DNA of 64,000 nt from Raillietiella orientalis. Lineage: Eukaryota. Below, one piece after another: positions 41,501 to 53,869 of this stretch; position 1 is the first letter of the stretch; each line of letters opens with the position of its first letter. Below the pieces are notes generated by a model. That model saw nothing but the letters and a program-made list of their open reading frames with translations, searched no databases and was not told the DNA's origin. Location of the stretch: contig JAYWIR010000001.1 in assembly GCA_036172245.1 (NCBI GenBank), positions 4,836,001 through 4,900,000 of the forward strand, in the 5' to 3' direction. A program made the translations under genes and the position numbers.

Positions 41501-44500
41501 TCCCCGAAATGTGGTTTCATATCATCAAGACAGGAAGAGTTACTGTTACGTCACATCTCTTCTCTTGGGGCAATAAGTTTAAATTCCAAAATGCTCTCAG
41601 TCATCTGATGTTTTAGAGCAAGCCGCTCTCCAGGTCTTTCATAAAAGCCTTCTAAAATTTCGGACGAAGTTTTCTACTTAGCTTGGTTCATAATTGCGCC
41701 TTCATTTTAATTTCTCCTTGTGTTCTTAACTGCCTGTCTCAAGAGTGACATCTGGAAAGCATTTCTCCTCTAGATTCACGCATTCTTCATGATTTATTTG
41801 GAGGTATGTTCTTCCTTAACGCACAATTACTTACCTACAGATGATGATGGGTGGCATGCAAACTGAATCATCGACCCTGCAGCATCTCCAATACAGATTG
41901 TCACCATTGTTAGGTGTGTCAGAATACAAATGCTACATGAGTCAGAATCCCGACACAGCTTCCTAACACTTGCTCATTTTCTCAAGTATCCTTGTAACCA
42001 AGAGTAGCCGAGTTTCCCGTATTTATTTCTTGCTGGAAACGCAGATGCAGAAACGCTCGAAACGAAGTCTTGGAGAATTCGCTTTCCCTGTTTGTCTTTG
42101 TGCACTTTTTCCCTACGAAGAAGGCACTTGAATTTCTCCTAGGTTGAGCAAAAAATTCCAAATGTCTTTCCACTTATTACAGAACCATTACCAGAGATGA
42201 GCTCCAAAAATTGGTCTTTCGGGTATAGCTGAAGAAAACAGATTTGAGATTAAGATAGTCATTAGCTAGGAGAAACTCATTTTTTTCCTTCTTGCTCGCT
42301 AAGACGAGGCATAAGTGCTTTTTTTTTGTATGTGTGTGTGTGTCATGTTTCTAAACAGGGGTGCTGGAGCATATTGGATGCATTTGTTTATAGGCAAAAG
42401 TCCGCGAGGTTGAATAACAGGGATTATGCGCCTGAAACTTTGCTGTGACCCTTTACGTTTTCCAAGTTATTGATTTTATTTGCTCCTTTTTTTTTTTTTG
42501 TCCTTACATCAGTGTTCAATGTAATTTTTTCCCTTTTGTCTAACACACGGGCCAAAAAAAAAAAAAAAAAAAGGCAGTCCGACACTGATTGTCCACGGGG
42601 CATTCGTGAAAGGCGATTGAACACGGAGCGATGCGTTAACGATTCGTGCCGCTGACTTCCGTAATTTACATCGCAAAAGCTTATCCGATACAAAGTAAAA
42701 GTTCTGGTATTCCTGAGCAGATTGGAAGGACGTTGAATGCCTGCTGCTCTACGAGGAAAATCCTTTTGACAAACCGAGAGCGGCCACTGTTTTTGTTTTT
42801 TTTTTGTCCTGTGGATGGAGCCGACATCGCCACAGCGTGATCTGAGCTCCAAGACGATTTCATAAGAAGGCACTTGAAAGAAAGAAACTCTGATGTTTCC
42901 CAGTTGATCAAAGAGACACCATGGAGACCAGGATGATTCATTAGAAAGCGTGTAATTTTCTCAAATGAATTTGCGGATGCCTGAAGATCGATCGCTCAAT
43001 CCACCAAAGGTTCAACGTCACGAACCTCGGAAGACACTTTTAGGTAATTAAATTTTTTTTAATAGACTTAGCTATGACCCGGATTAATTTTTTCTAAAGA
43101 CAATTTATCCTCCAGCGCGCCTAGTGCAGCAGCGCCGGGAATGGAAACAAAATGAGGACTCCTTGTTTTGCATCTTGTCTGCAGCCCAGACCACCCCTTA
43201 TCAGTGGTCTCCAGCATTCTTTCAGTTTCTCCGGAACACTTGTGATCATTTCCTCTGCTGCCAGAATTCTGATAAAGGGAAAACCTATGCGTCTGTGCTG
43301 CTGTTTTGGACTGGAAGTGGGAGTTGTGACTGGAAACACTTTAATGCTTTCTCTGCGTACAGCGCGTTAGAGGCGTTTTAGAGGCCGCCTGCCTGCGTGA
43401 CTCTTGTCATTCTCTTGGAATTTCAACACGATTTGCATGCCATCTATGCCACCCTCCATAATCCACTCCAAGCCAGATTCGAACCGATCTGCCTTTCATC
43501 CCACCATCTGCCAAAATATGAAGGGAAAGATCCTCCAACTCCGCCTTCTTCTTCGCTGCAGAAGGAAGTGGAGTTTGGTTCAGGAGACTTGTTTGTCTTC
43601 CCGCAAGTGTTTCCCGAAATTGTTTGCAGCCAAAACACAAAATGAGATAAAGTCACCATCATTATTACTGACGCACGCACGTTCGGCCACTGCTACTGCG
43701 TTGACTCTTGTGTGGCTCTTTTTTTTCACAGTTGCGCGAGAAACAATAAAAAAAAAAAAAAAATGTCCGCCTTGTCCACTTTGCAGCGACCTCTGTGATG
43801 AATTCTTTTCCAGTCTTTCGCCGCTTCTGAAACTGCGGCTTCCCGTGTCCAACTGCGCGTCATCTTACAGGTGAGCGTCCTGAACTTAGGAAACGCAATC
43901 CTTTCAGCTCCAGACAAAATAAAATGTGGGGGCACTTACGAAATCGACGTCGAGTTGCTTTCCTCATAGGTCCAGAAAAATTCCAAAAGAGCTTCATCCG
44001 TGTTCTCCCGCATGATGCGCATGCCTGCGGCAGAACAGCCAGAGGGTGTCAAGTAAAGACTGTTAAATGCTTGAAAGCAAAGAAAAATTATCACCTCTGT
44101 ACTCCTCACTTTGCCAAACGAGTCAAAGGAAAGAAGCCCGGCAGGAAAATGGAAAGGGATGCCACAAGCTGCAGAATCCCTTCCCTTACATGAACTGTTA
44201 ACCACAGGCAATAAGCGCGGTTTCGCGTTTCAATTGAAAACTGAAATCCACTAAATTTTCTTCAAGCAGAGACTGAAAATAGGAAGGAAACAGCCGATAA
44301 CCCTTTGAAGATCTGAGGTGCGGAATCCCAAAGGGGATGCAAACTGTGATCAGAAGGCAACGAAATCAGCTGAGTTGTAACCTATGGAAGTTCATCCCAG
44401 CAGCTTCATGGCTTGATAATGGCGAGAACCGTCGCTGTCATGAAAAGGTGCACCTCGTTATCTCGCATGCTTTTCTGAGCATCACTCAATACTGCCGAAG

Positions 44501-47500
44501 AGACTGAACTCTGCTGAGGGCGGCTGGAGATCCAGCTGGTCTCCGTGACGTCATCCTCCACCAAATATCCATTCTTTATTCATTTCTTTACTTAGTGCCT
44601 CTTCTCCTCTATCCACCTAACCCTTCAAAGTGTACGTAGTTCGACTGCGCTGCATGCAGCAGCCCTTCTGGCTTGGACTTCACGGGAAGCGACCCTCATG
44701 CTAGTCAGTCTGATCATGCATGTATTTTATACGCACGAAATAAAAGTCCCAGAGTGGCTGGGTGAAAAAGAATTCGACTGATTCAATGAATATTTTGCAC
44801 TAGAATCTTTCGTGTACTTCTCTGATGTACAGCAGACCCCTTGCAACGCGGAGGATTATATGTTCTGCATTATACGAACCCGCGTTATGCATGGACAGTC
44901 AAATAGATAATATGTGTTTATAAAAACGATACAAAGTGTATATCAAGTCGTTCACTTTAAAGCAAAAAGAAAAAAATTAGATGCTCATTTATTGTCTAAA
45001 TTGAAGTTAAGAAGAGCTTTTAGAGTTTCTTCTATGAGCAATCCAAACGGTTCTATAGTTTTAGCCCCGTAATTCTCGTTGCTGAAGAGCTATCTTCTTT
45101 CAGTGAAAAATTCGACGAAATGCAAATCAGCACCTTCACGTGTTCGTAAATCACGTGCTCTTGCTTTTTTCAAACACGGATGAACCGCCACTGTACCACA
45201 AAGTTGAAACTATCTACAGAGTCGCCACGAGGCTCATCTACCGCGTTACGAGAGAGCACTGCATCCATTTTTCCAATCGTGTTATAAGGATCCGCGTTAT
45301 GCGAGACCCACTGTGTAAATCCGACGCAGTTAGCATTTTCCCAAGTGCTGAAGAAGTCGAGCTTGTGCACGAAAGCGCAACGTAAAAAGGAGTGGTTCGT
45401 TTTCTGAAAAAGAATCTGCATCATGAGAGATTCTTGAACCGGAAGCTTTCAGAATCTTGCAAGGAGTCCGGAATCGACGGAAACGGGATGCAAACACGAG
45501 TATCGGGAGGAGCATGCATGAACGTTGTGCTGGCTTACTCCCATTTCAAAAGTCGGACTTCGAGTCCGTTTCGTAGAAGAAGGGTTCGGAACAAAAGAGA
45601 GAAGTAGAGAGGCTGATATTCACTGAATACCGGAACTTTTTGAAATAGAAGGAAGAAACACAAACAAGTCCAAGAGCAGTCCAAGAGGAACCCAGCAATT
45701 CTCTTAGGCTAACCTTTAATCCCGTATACGAATTTCGTAGAATCTCTGCAGCTTGTATGAAATGCTCCAGAAGCTGATGATGCGCAGGCGAAGCATCTGC
45801 AGAAAAGGAAAATTACAAAAAACGGCAACCCAGCGGTCACCCTGCTCTTGAATGAGGAACGGCTCTTTAATCAGAAAACTCCAGTGATGAGGAACACCTC
45901 TTGGAATGCTTGACTTCCGATTTTTGTTTCGTCAACGATCTTTAAGTGTGTGAGTTGGGGCAGAGTGGAAGGCTGGCCATTTTGGAAGGCTTCCACCGTT
46001 CTTCCTCCATGGGAGCTCCGGTAGGACTCGTAATCGCGAATAAGAATTCAGACCCATCAACTTGTGCCAGAATCTGCGGTGGTAAGCGCAAGCACTCTTT
46101 GGCCGAACGAACCCCACAACGAGCACACGAATGAGATGCGGAAGCGAGTCAGCAGAAGTGCGCAGAGGTGGGCCATTCTTTGGAACGCAACGGCCACACA
46201 CACCCGCCGTCGAAAAGAGACCGATGGACGTGGTAACCAGATTCACATCCATGGTGAAGAAAGCATGGGTGCGTCCATTGGCTGCAGACTCCTTGGGCTG
46301 CAAGTCAGTTTCCCTGCAAATCAGAAACATTCTGTACACGTCTCTTGCACCTTGCCTTTTCAAATCCAACATGGTCTCCGCTTTCTCAGCCAGCTACTCA
46401 CAAGATGGCAGTAGGAAGGAATGGTTTTTGAGAGTTTGAAAACACGGATTCGTCGCATCGGGCGGCCACGTGTTTCCAAGCAACACCTGGCAAAGTGGCA
46501 CGGGCACTCCAGCCTCCCACGGAAATCTCCATTGGATACAAGCAAACGTGCGGGCAGTATTCCGAATTTTTGGAATGGCAACATTTAACGAGTGCGGAAC
46601 CATTCTGGAAAACTCCCGCCTGTTTTGCTGGAAGCAGATCGGAACCTATTCGAGAGAGAACGCTCGCTTTCTCAGTTTTCTTTTCTGTCCTGGGGTCCAG
46701 ACGAAATCACCTCGGAAAGAAACTCAACAAACCGGTCCGTACGTCTTCCTCACGTGTTTCGTTCAGGGCAGGGAAGTCGTTCTGGAAGATTTTCATCCGC
46801 GTTTTTTTGATCGAGGTTACGTCAGAAAAACTGAATGCAGATGAGCGAAGATGGAGACTTTGACTTTATTCTCTACCTGCCCGTTCTCTTCAGCTGGTTC
46901 TCATGGCGAGGCTGCGTTCATTCTGTATGGGTAGTGACCCGCTCCAGGCTTGCGATTTAGTATCCTGGAGACAGTATTGAATGTTCGAGCACACCATTCC
47001 CTCTCTGATGTGCTCCGCCTGTCTATTCCATGTCCCTCAGCTGCCCCTCATCAGCTGGATCCCTAGGTACCAGAAATCACACGGGCTGATGCATCTTCTC
47101 CTTTGGGGTGCATCCTCCATGTTCGATCGCCTTCTTTTGTCCTACCCCTTGTAGCGCCGCTGCTGCGTATTCTTAGAATACGAGGGAGTGGGAGCATCAG
47201 GTTTATACTCGATCCCGCGATATGACAACGGGAAACCTCGATTCTCCAGCTCTTCCCGATGTCCTTCTTGGTCCTCACCACCGGCTCGGCGTGCCCCTCC
47301 GTGACCGTGGTCCGACTGATCGCATCGATTGAGAATGTCTCCCGAGCATTCTTTCCACATTCCTTGCACATGCACTGGGCGCCATCCGTGATTGAGGGTA
47401 TCACTGCAAGTAATAGAAATAGACGTAGTAGCGCAGAATGAATAAATCCATATATTTCGCAAATCGGACGTGCACGCCATTGAATGGAAAATTCCCTGAA

Positions 47501-47995
47501 GCAGTCTTTGGACTGCATTTGGTTCGCGTTTGGCAAATGATAAGGAAAAGAATCGAGCGTAAGAAAATAATAATGATAATTAAGGCTTGCAAAACAGCAT
47601 TTTCAAAATGGCGTGAGTTTGAAGCCCTGAAATTCGACTTTTGTTCATCACCCAAATTTCACTTTGGATGCGGAAGAGTCATTCGGGGGATCCTCACAAG
47701 TGGTACCGAAAAAAAGCGAAAATTCCGATTCTCTGCCATAGGTTCGCGCATACACAGCGAGATGACCCCTCCAGTGATGTCAAGAGTCTTAAGCACAGAT
47801 AACAGATGGAGATGTGCGTGAATCGAAATGGGGGTGCTTGCTCCACCCTTACTGGCCGCCCATCATCCCGACGCGTGCGTCGGAACCACGGCCAGCACAT
47901 GCCGCGCGAAACAAGATCACACATATGATGAAGACGCATGCGAGGAATGTGTATCATGGATTGGGCGATACTTGCACGATCGGTCCAGAGGTCTT

Positions 47996-48036
47996 AATGA
48001 CCTCCTGCATGCTCATGAGACATGCAGGAGTTCATT
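47996..48036. repeat. 41-bp near-perfect palindrome
   Basis: aatga-c-ctcctgcatg-ctcatgag-a-catgcaggag-t-tcatt is self-complementary apart from one mismatch and one bulge. Confidence 0.85.
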
Positions 48037-48304
48037 GAAGGTCGCTTCACTGGTGCGAAAATCAAGTGTGTAGACGACTTCGACACAGTTTACAGCGAAG
48101 GACCACGAGACTGAACGAACGTCCATCCATAAAATCCCGTTATCCCCGCGGGATTTTGAGATCCTTTTGAGATGGTAGTGCTCTTCACCTGTGTTTCCTG
48201 GCATACTCTTCTTGATGAGCTAAGAACACGAATTCTTGTTTGTCTTCGGAGTGGGAGGGGATGACCGCAAATTTGTTTGCAGTGCTGCAGTTCGGAGGAG
48301 AAAA

Positions 48305-48765
48305 GGTGGCGAGCCTTAAACGAAGGGTACTTTGAAGGAGTTTCTCGCAAGGGATCCGCTCCTTGTCTGCTCCTCTGAATAGAACCCCGAAGGGATGCTT
48401 CCCGATTTCTCTGAAGGGTCGCTCCCTGCAGGGAGCAGCGCGCTTCTTCACACTCTGGAGATGCAAGCCCCCGGGGGAAGGAGGGGGGGGAAAGGGTTCA
48501 ACCAGCTCCACGACCGGAGGGTGAATCCTCGAAGGGAACCGACACTCCCTGGTTCCTGGAATGACCCCGGAAGGTCAGCTTCCAATCCTGGTCAGTCGAC
48601 GGGAGCATCCGGTATTCTCCAGTGCCGCATCCGAGGCTTCTAAGGCCAACCAGCATCATTCTGCGGGGGGGTGTCGAAACCCACGGCACACCCATTTCTC
48701 AGAGTCCGCAGTGGGATTCGAACCCGCGACGTTTGGTGCCACAGGCGTGGAGAACGCAGCCAAAC
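48305..48765 (-). mobile_element. tRNA-derived SINE family A, 3'-truncated copy
   Basis: gtgggattcgaacccgcg at 48711-48728; body matches 27430-27850 (gcgcttcttcacactctggaga, ggtcagtc, ccagtgccgca). Confidence 0.9.
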
Positions 48766-51700
48766 GGACACCAAAGAGGACCGTGTAACCAAAGATCAAA
48801 TTGTTTGGGGAAAGTGACTTTTAAGCGGTAATGAGCACGGAATGTTCTTTTTTGATCGCGATGTCTTGGTTGCGGGTTTGCGATGGCGACTCGCATCTCC
48901 AGTAAAGTCGAAAGAAATCCTTGCCGATATTCTTACTCGCTTTCGCCTCGGATTCGCCCACCTCGGATTGTTTTAGGTTCGCGGATTTTTCCGGAAACTT
49001 CCGCTGAGTCTCCCGTGACTATCTTCTGCGAAAGGAGGAGGGCATTTCCGGTGTAAGAGCCTTGCAAACAGGGATCGTTTCGCGGCAAAAGCAATCTCTC
49101 TAAGTGCAGCAGGCAGCTGCTGCAACAGCATTCAGATTCAGTCATGGATGACCTTGCTTGCAGCACTCCAAGGTCAAGTGTCGAACGAGTCCCGCAGCTG
49201 CCTGCTTGCGTCCGAGAGAGAAGGTGTGATGAACAGGAAACATTCCCGCGCCTGGAGCAGAATGGGAGACTCGCCGCGGACAGGCAGCCCTCTTTCACGG
49301 GAAACGTGCGCTCCTCATAAGACAAAGGGAAGTCAGCGTCGGAGTCGATCTTCCCATTTTCCGTCTCGGCTGCCCGATACATCCCGTATTTGTCAACGGA
49401 ACAATGGCCAGATTCCATTTCTGGATTGCCGCAACTTTGTTAATCATTTGTAGCTAACGAGTGACAGGGAACTGTCACTGCATGTTGAGGGGTTCTTGCA
49501 AGCGTTCGGAGGAACGGAGGAGGAGGGAAGAGCCTCCGCCTCAGTTGCATTCGTTGCATTACGCCACACCTCAGCTGATTCTCATTTCAATCGTGCCGGG
49601 AACTTGGCTGGCAGCGGCAGACTCTTTCAAACCGTGGCATGGTGCGGCCAAAGAGAAGGAAATCCTGGAGCAGCGGCATGGACAAAAAAATGGAAGCCAC
49701 TGCATGTCCTCAGGATCTGTTTACCTTCATTTAAATCTGTGCGGTCTTCCGATCTCACAGATGCTTCCTGTCGGCGTCAAGATTAAGATGTCATGGCAAC
49801 GTAAATCGCTCGCGTTTGCGTTCCTTCGATCGGAGCGGTCCTTTCGAAAAACGTAGAAATTCATCAGAGAAGCAACAGGCTGAAATCAGAGAGAGAAGGA
49901 AGAGAGAGAAGTGGGGCGTCAGAAAATCCAGCACCAATTTTTCCGAGAACCTAAATTTTCTCCGTGCTCTTTGAAACAGTCGTTACAGTGAGCAGGCATC
50001 ACAGGGAGTTTTGGTAACGTCCACTCATCATGATGAAGGAACCGAAAGGAACAGATTTCGTAAACAGCGAAAGGTGGAGGTCTTTCTTTAAAACACATCA
50101 GTGAAGAGTTCCTCTTTTGTGGTAAATGATGGCCCTGATAAATAAATCTGGTGTGCATCCGTGACTTTTCAGTAACTCTTGATGACTTCACATCTGTTGG
50201 TTTGTAGCTCGGGAAGACTCTTGCGTGGACTGTTCCAACAGCAGGAGGCAGAAGTCAGGAGAACTTGAACAACTCTTTGAGATCAAACCTACCTCCATTG
50301 CTGGTCCCTCGACCAGCGATGGACAGCGTGCCAGCAGGAGAAATTCAAGTGTCCCAAGCCTTTTGGCTGTCAACCATAAAGTTTGCCTACCGAGGATTTG
50401 GCCTTTTTTTCTCTTTGAGCCATGAACTCGACTGTCGCATCGACTGAAAATACAGGTGACGAAAACACTACTGAATCCACCAGAACGGGAGCACCTGGGT
50501 GAAATTCAATGAACTGTTAAAGCGATGCAGAGGTGAGCACCGTCCTCTGGAGAAAGACGCGGACTCCAAAGAGAGCACGGAATCTGCTCGCTGGATCGGT
50601 TCATTTGAAGCTCGCTGATTTAACAAGCCCGAGCAGGAGAAACGAAGCTAGAATAAAGGCAAAGGACCGGGAGAGGAAAGGTCTTCTGCTCCGAATTCTG
50701 TTTTGGAGTCTTCCCTACAAACTGGAGCGGAAGGAAAAGAGAGAGGGAAAAATAAGGAATTTCTGTTTTCCCTGGGGGGAAGGAGAGCTGACATCGGTTT
50801 CTTTGAATCCGAAATGTTTTATGAATGATAACAGCAATACGTGAAGGAAAAAATCGGTTGCCTCGTCGTCTCGGGAGGAGATCGTTAATGATCAATAACA
50901 GCTGACTAAAAAGGAAGCGCAGCTAACGGGAAGATCAGGAAAACATAAAGCACTCATACGCTCCAGCGAAGATTTTGCGGTTGCCGGATCTGTGCAAAGT
51001 TGCCTTCCCGCCGATTCGTGCAAGGGAATAAATAACCCCCCCGAGAGGAGAAGCTTTCGGAAACCCGTAACGTCTCTTTGGTTCCCTCTGCATTTGGTGA
51101 GCGCGCAGCACTTTCAATTAACGAGAAAGACTTTAGAAATTCAACGTTGAAACAGAGCGCTCGTGCTCTTGCAGTACGGCTGCAATCTTCTAATTGAATC
51201 AGAACTCTAGTCAGGAAGCTTAGCGGGCAATGATGACAATGATGCCGTTCCCGTGGCCGTATCAGTGCGAACCTTCCTATTTCCCTCCCCACGGTGTTCC
51301 TCCTTCGTCTTCGGTGACAAGCCATTCGCCTTGCCAGCGAAGAAGTTTGCTCCCTCACGAGCAAACGGCCATGGAACCGCTGCAAGGAGCTTGGCAACGA
51401 GGGCAGAGGGCGCGTCTGCGTACAACCGGAACTTTGCGTCTTCCACCTGGACGTGTCAAAGCTAAACCGGGACGTCGACGCAAGTGTTCCTTCACCAAGC
51501 GTACGAAAGGCCCGTCCACGAAACCGAGGGCAAGTTCTCGTCGGAAATATCGCGAAATCCACGTCCTCAGGGCATACGTGTGGCCTTTGGGTTCCTGTTT
51601 CGCCGGAAAGTCTGGAGTCTCATCCTGGAGCATGAGATGGGTGAGCTCAAAGCGCCGAACAATCCCATCAATCAGGAACACGCGACCCTTTGCCTGGCTG

Positions 51701-53869
51701 TCGGGTGAGGACGACGCGATCAGGGAAGCAGCAAAGACTGATTCCCTGTGTGATCGCATCTGTCCATCAGGAGGATTGCTTCATCTCTTAATCCGCAGGA
51801 TCCGGTGTGATCAACGTGGCGCGCTTAATTAGGTATTCCGTGTATCGTTTGCTTCTACCGACGGTCACAGGTTGCGCAGGTCCAGCATCCACCGAGTAGC
51901 TAGGATTTCCCGAGAACGCGGCAAAAAGGTCCTTCCACCAGTTTTCTGAAGAATGATGCAAGAACGCTTCCAAATCCGAATTCTAGTAATGATGCTGTCT
52001 GCTGCACAACTCCATTCTTGAATGGATGGCGCAAATGCGCCTGTAAAGGAGGATATAGGCGCAAGGAAAATAAGAACGTCAAATCCACAGACTGTGTTGC
52101 TAAAAATAAAAATAAAAAGACTCGGAACTCAGTCACACGTTAATTCTTCTCCCATTCAAGTCTCGAAAAAGCGACCTTTGGTCAGCGCCAAACGGGAAAA
52201 TGAAGCGCATTTTGATCCCGAGCGGGAGGTGGAACGGTGGCCATGTAGACCGGTGGGGAACACGTGCTCGTCTGTAGGTTCGAATCACCGAGGCCTACAA
52301 GCAGGCGCACCCCTCCCAGCAGCAGTTTCACTCGCATCAAACAGACCACCGTCCGAATTCCCTCCGGGAAGCTGACGGACTCGGACCCTACTTGCTACGA
52401 GGCTTCCTGAAGATCGCGCAGCTGGGAACTGCTGTAAGTGCTGCAAGTGGCGCTGACGTCGAGCGTTTTCCCAAGTCGCCTCCATCCAGTTTCCCGTGCG
52501 GCCCGTGTGGCAAACCTGGATCCACCTGCTTGCCACAGATGAGCATGTCAGCGACATCCTGGCCACCTTGGAGCAAGATCGGCAGTGGTACGAGTCTCTC
52601 TGGAAGCGGCCGAGGCACCCGCGGAAGAAGCATTTCAAGAGGCCTCTTAAGAAGTCGCCTATCGGCACACTGCCCCAGGCTTTCAGGCTTCCAGGTCGTA
52701 GATTCCATGAGCTTGAAATGCGAGGAAGATGGATTCAACACGCCGCCATCCTCAGCAGCGCTGATCTTTCGATCCCGAGCAGCATCTTCAATTTCTTGCT
52801 GGTATCTGAGAACGACAAGAAGGCGGGAAATTTTGAAACCACTTAGTCGAGGTCTAATCGAGTTTCCCCTTGCGACCGTTCCTAAGATATTTGTGGCCTC
52901 CGTACCTGCAGCTCGCTAAAGTGAGTCCTCAATATCCGCTCAATTAGGGAGGTATCGTAGGGAAAAGCCGGCTTCTTCAGAGAGTCTGTGCTAACAAAAC
53001 TCTCGAGACTGCTTCAATTATCGCAGTCTCAGCATCGTTCACACTTATTGTAATTTGTTTTTCGGATGTTCAGCCGAGAGATTGTTCTGGGATGCTATCC
53101 TATCCCTTCGCATTCCATCAGTCCAATTAGTCGCTTCCAATCAATCAACGTAGTTCACTCACGCTACCGATGCTGCAATCGGGATGCCTTAGCACAGGTC
53201 TCTGGAAAAGTGGATGCGAACTCCCGAATCCGTTCCAAGACAGGCCGATTCTGAACAACCCTTTCGCGAAAAGGTTTCGAATCGGAACTCGAAAGCTGCC
53301 GTGACCTCCTACACTCAGTGTTCCCTATCAGTGGTCTTCCCATCTAGGAGGGGATGAGAATTTTCTTATTTGCACACCAGGTGTGTTTTTGCTGTTGCCG
53401 CTGATGCTGTTTTTCGTTTTGCTTTCGGTATCTGCAATCTCCAATGGAGACAGGGAAACTTTCTTGCGTCCCTCCGGTTGATAGCAGGAAGGTGCTCTTC
53501 TCACGGTCGAGGACTGCTGAGTGCTTGGCTTTGGAGCCCACCGCGGAAATTCGAAACAGAGCCGCGATTTCAGCCATGAGACAATCAAAAACAAACAAAC
53601 AAACACCCGAACAAATTTAGATTCCTGCAGCAGGTGGGGATGCAACCCGGAGATAAATGGGAAAAGCCCTCGTTCGTGCGCCTTAAGAAAGCTCTGGTAC
53701 CTCGGAACTGCTGCTTTTCCACTTGCTGCCTTAGAAACCCGGGTTCATCGTGATGCGACTTCAGTTTGAGAACTCGGACGTGCGCTCATTTCAGTGCACA
53801 ATCCCCTGTTTGGTCCACGACCAGTTTGCTTTGGCTCCATGCGTTGGCGTCGCAGCGAAGATTTGTCCC

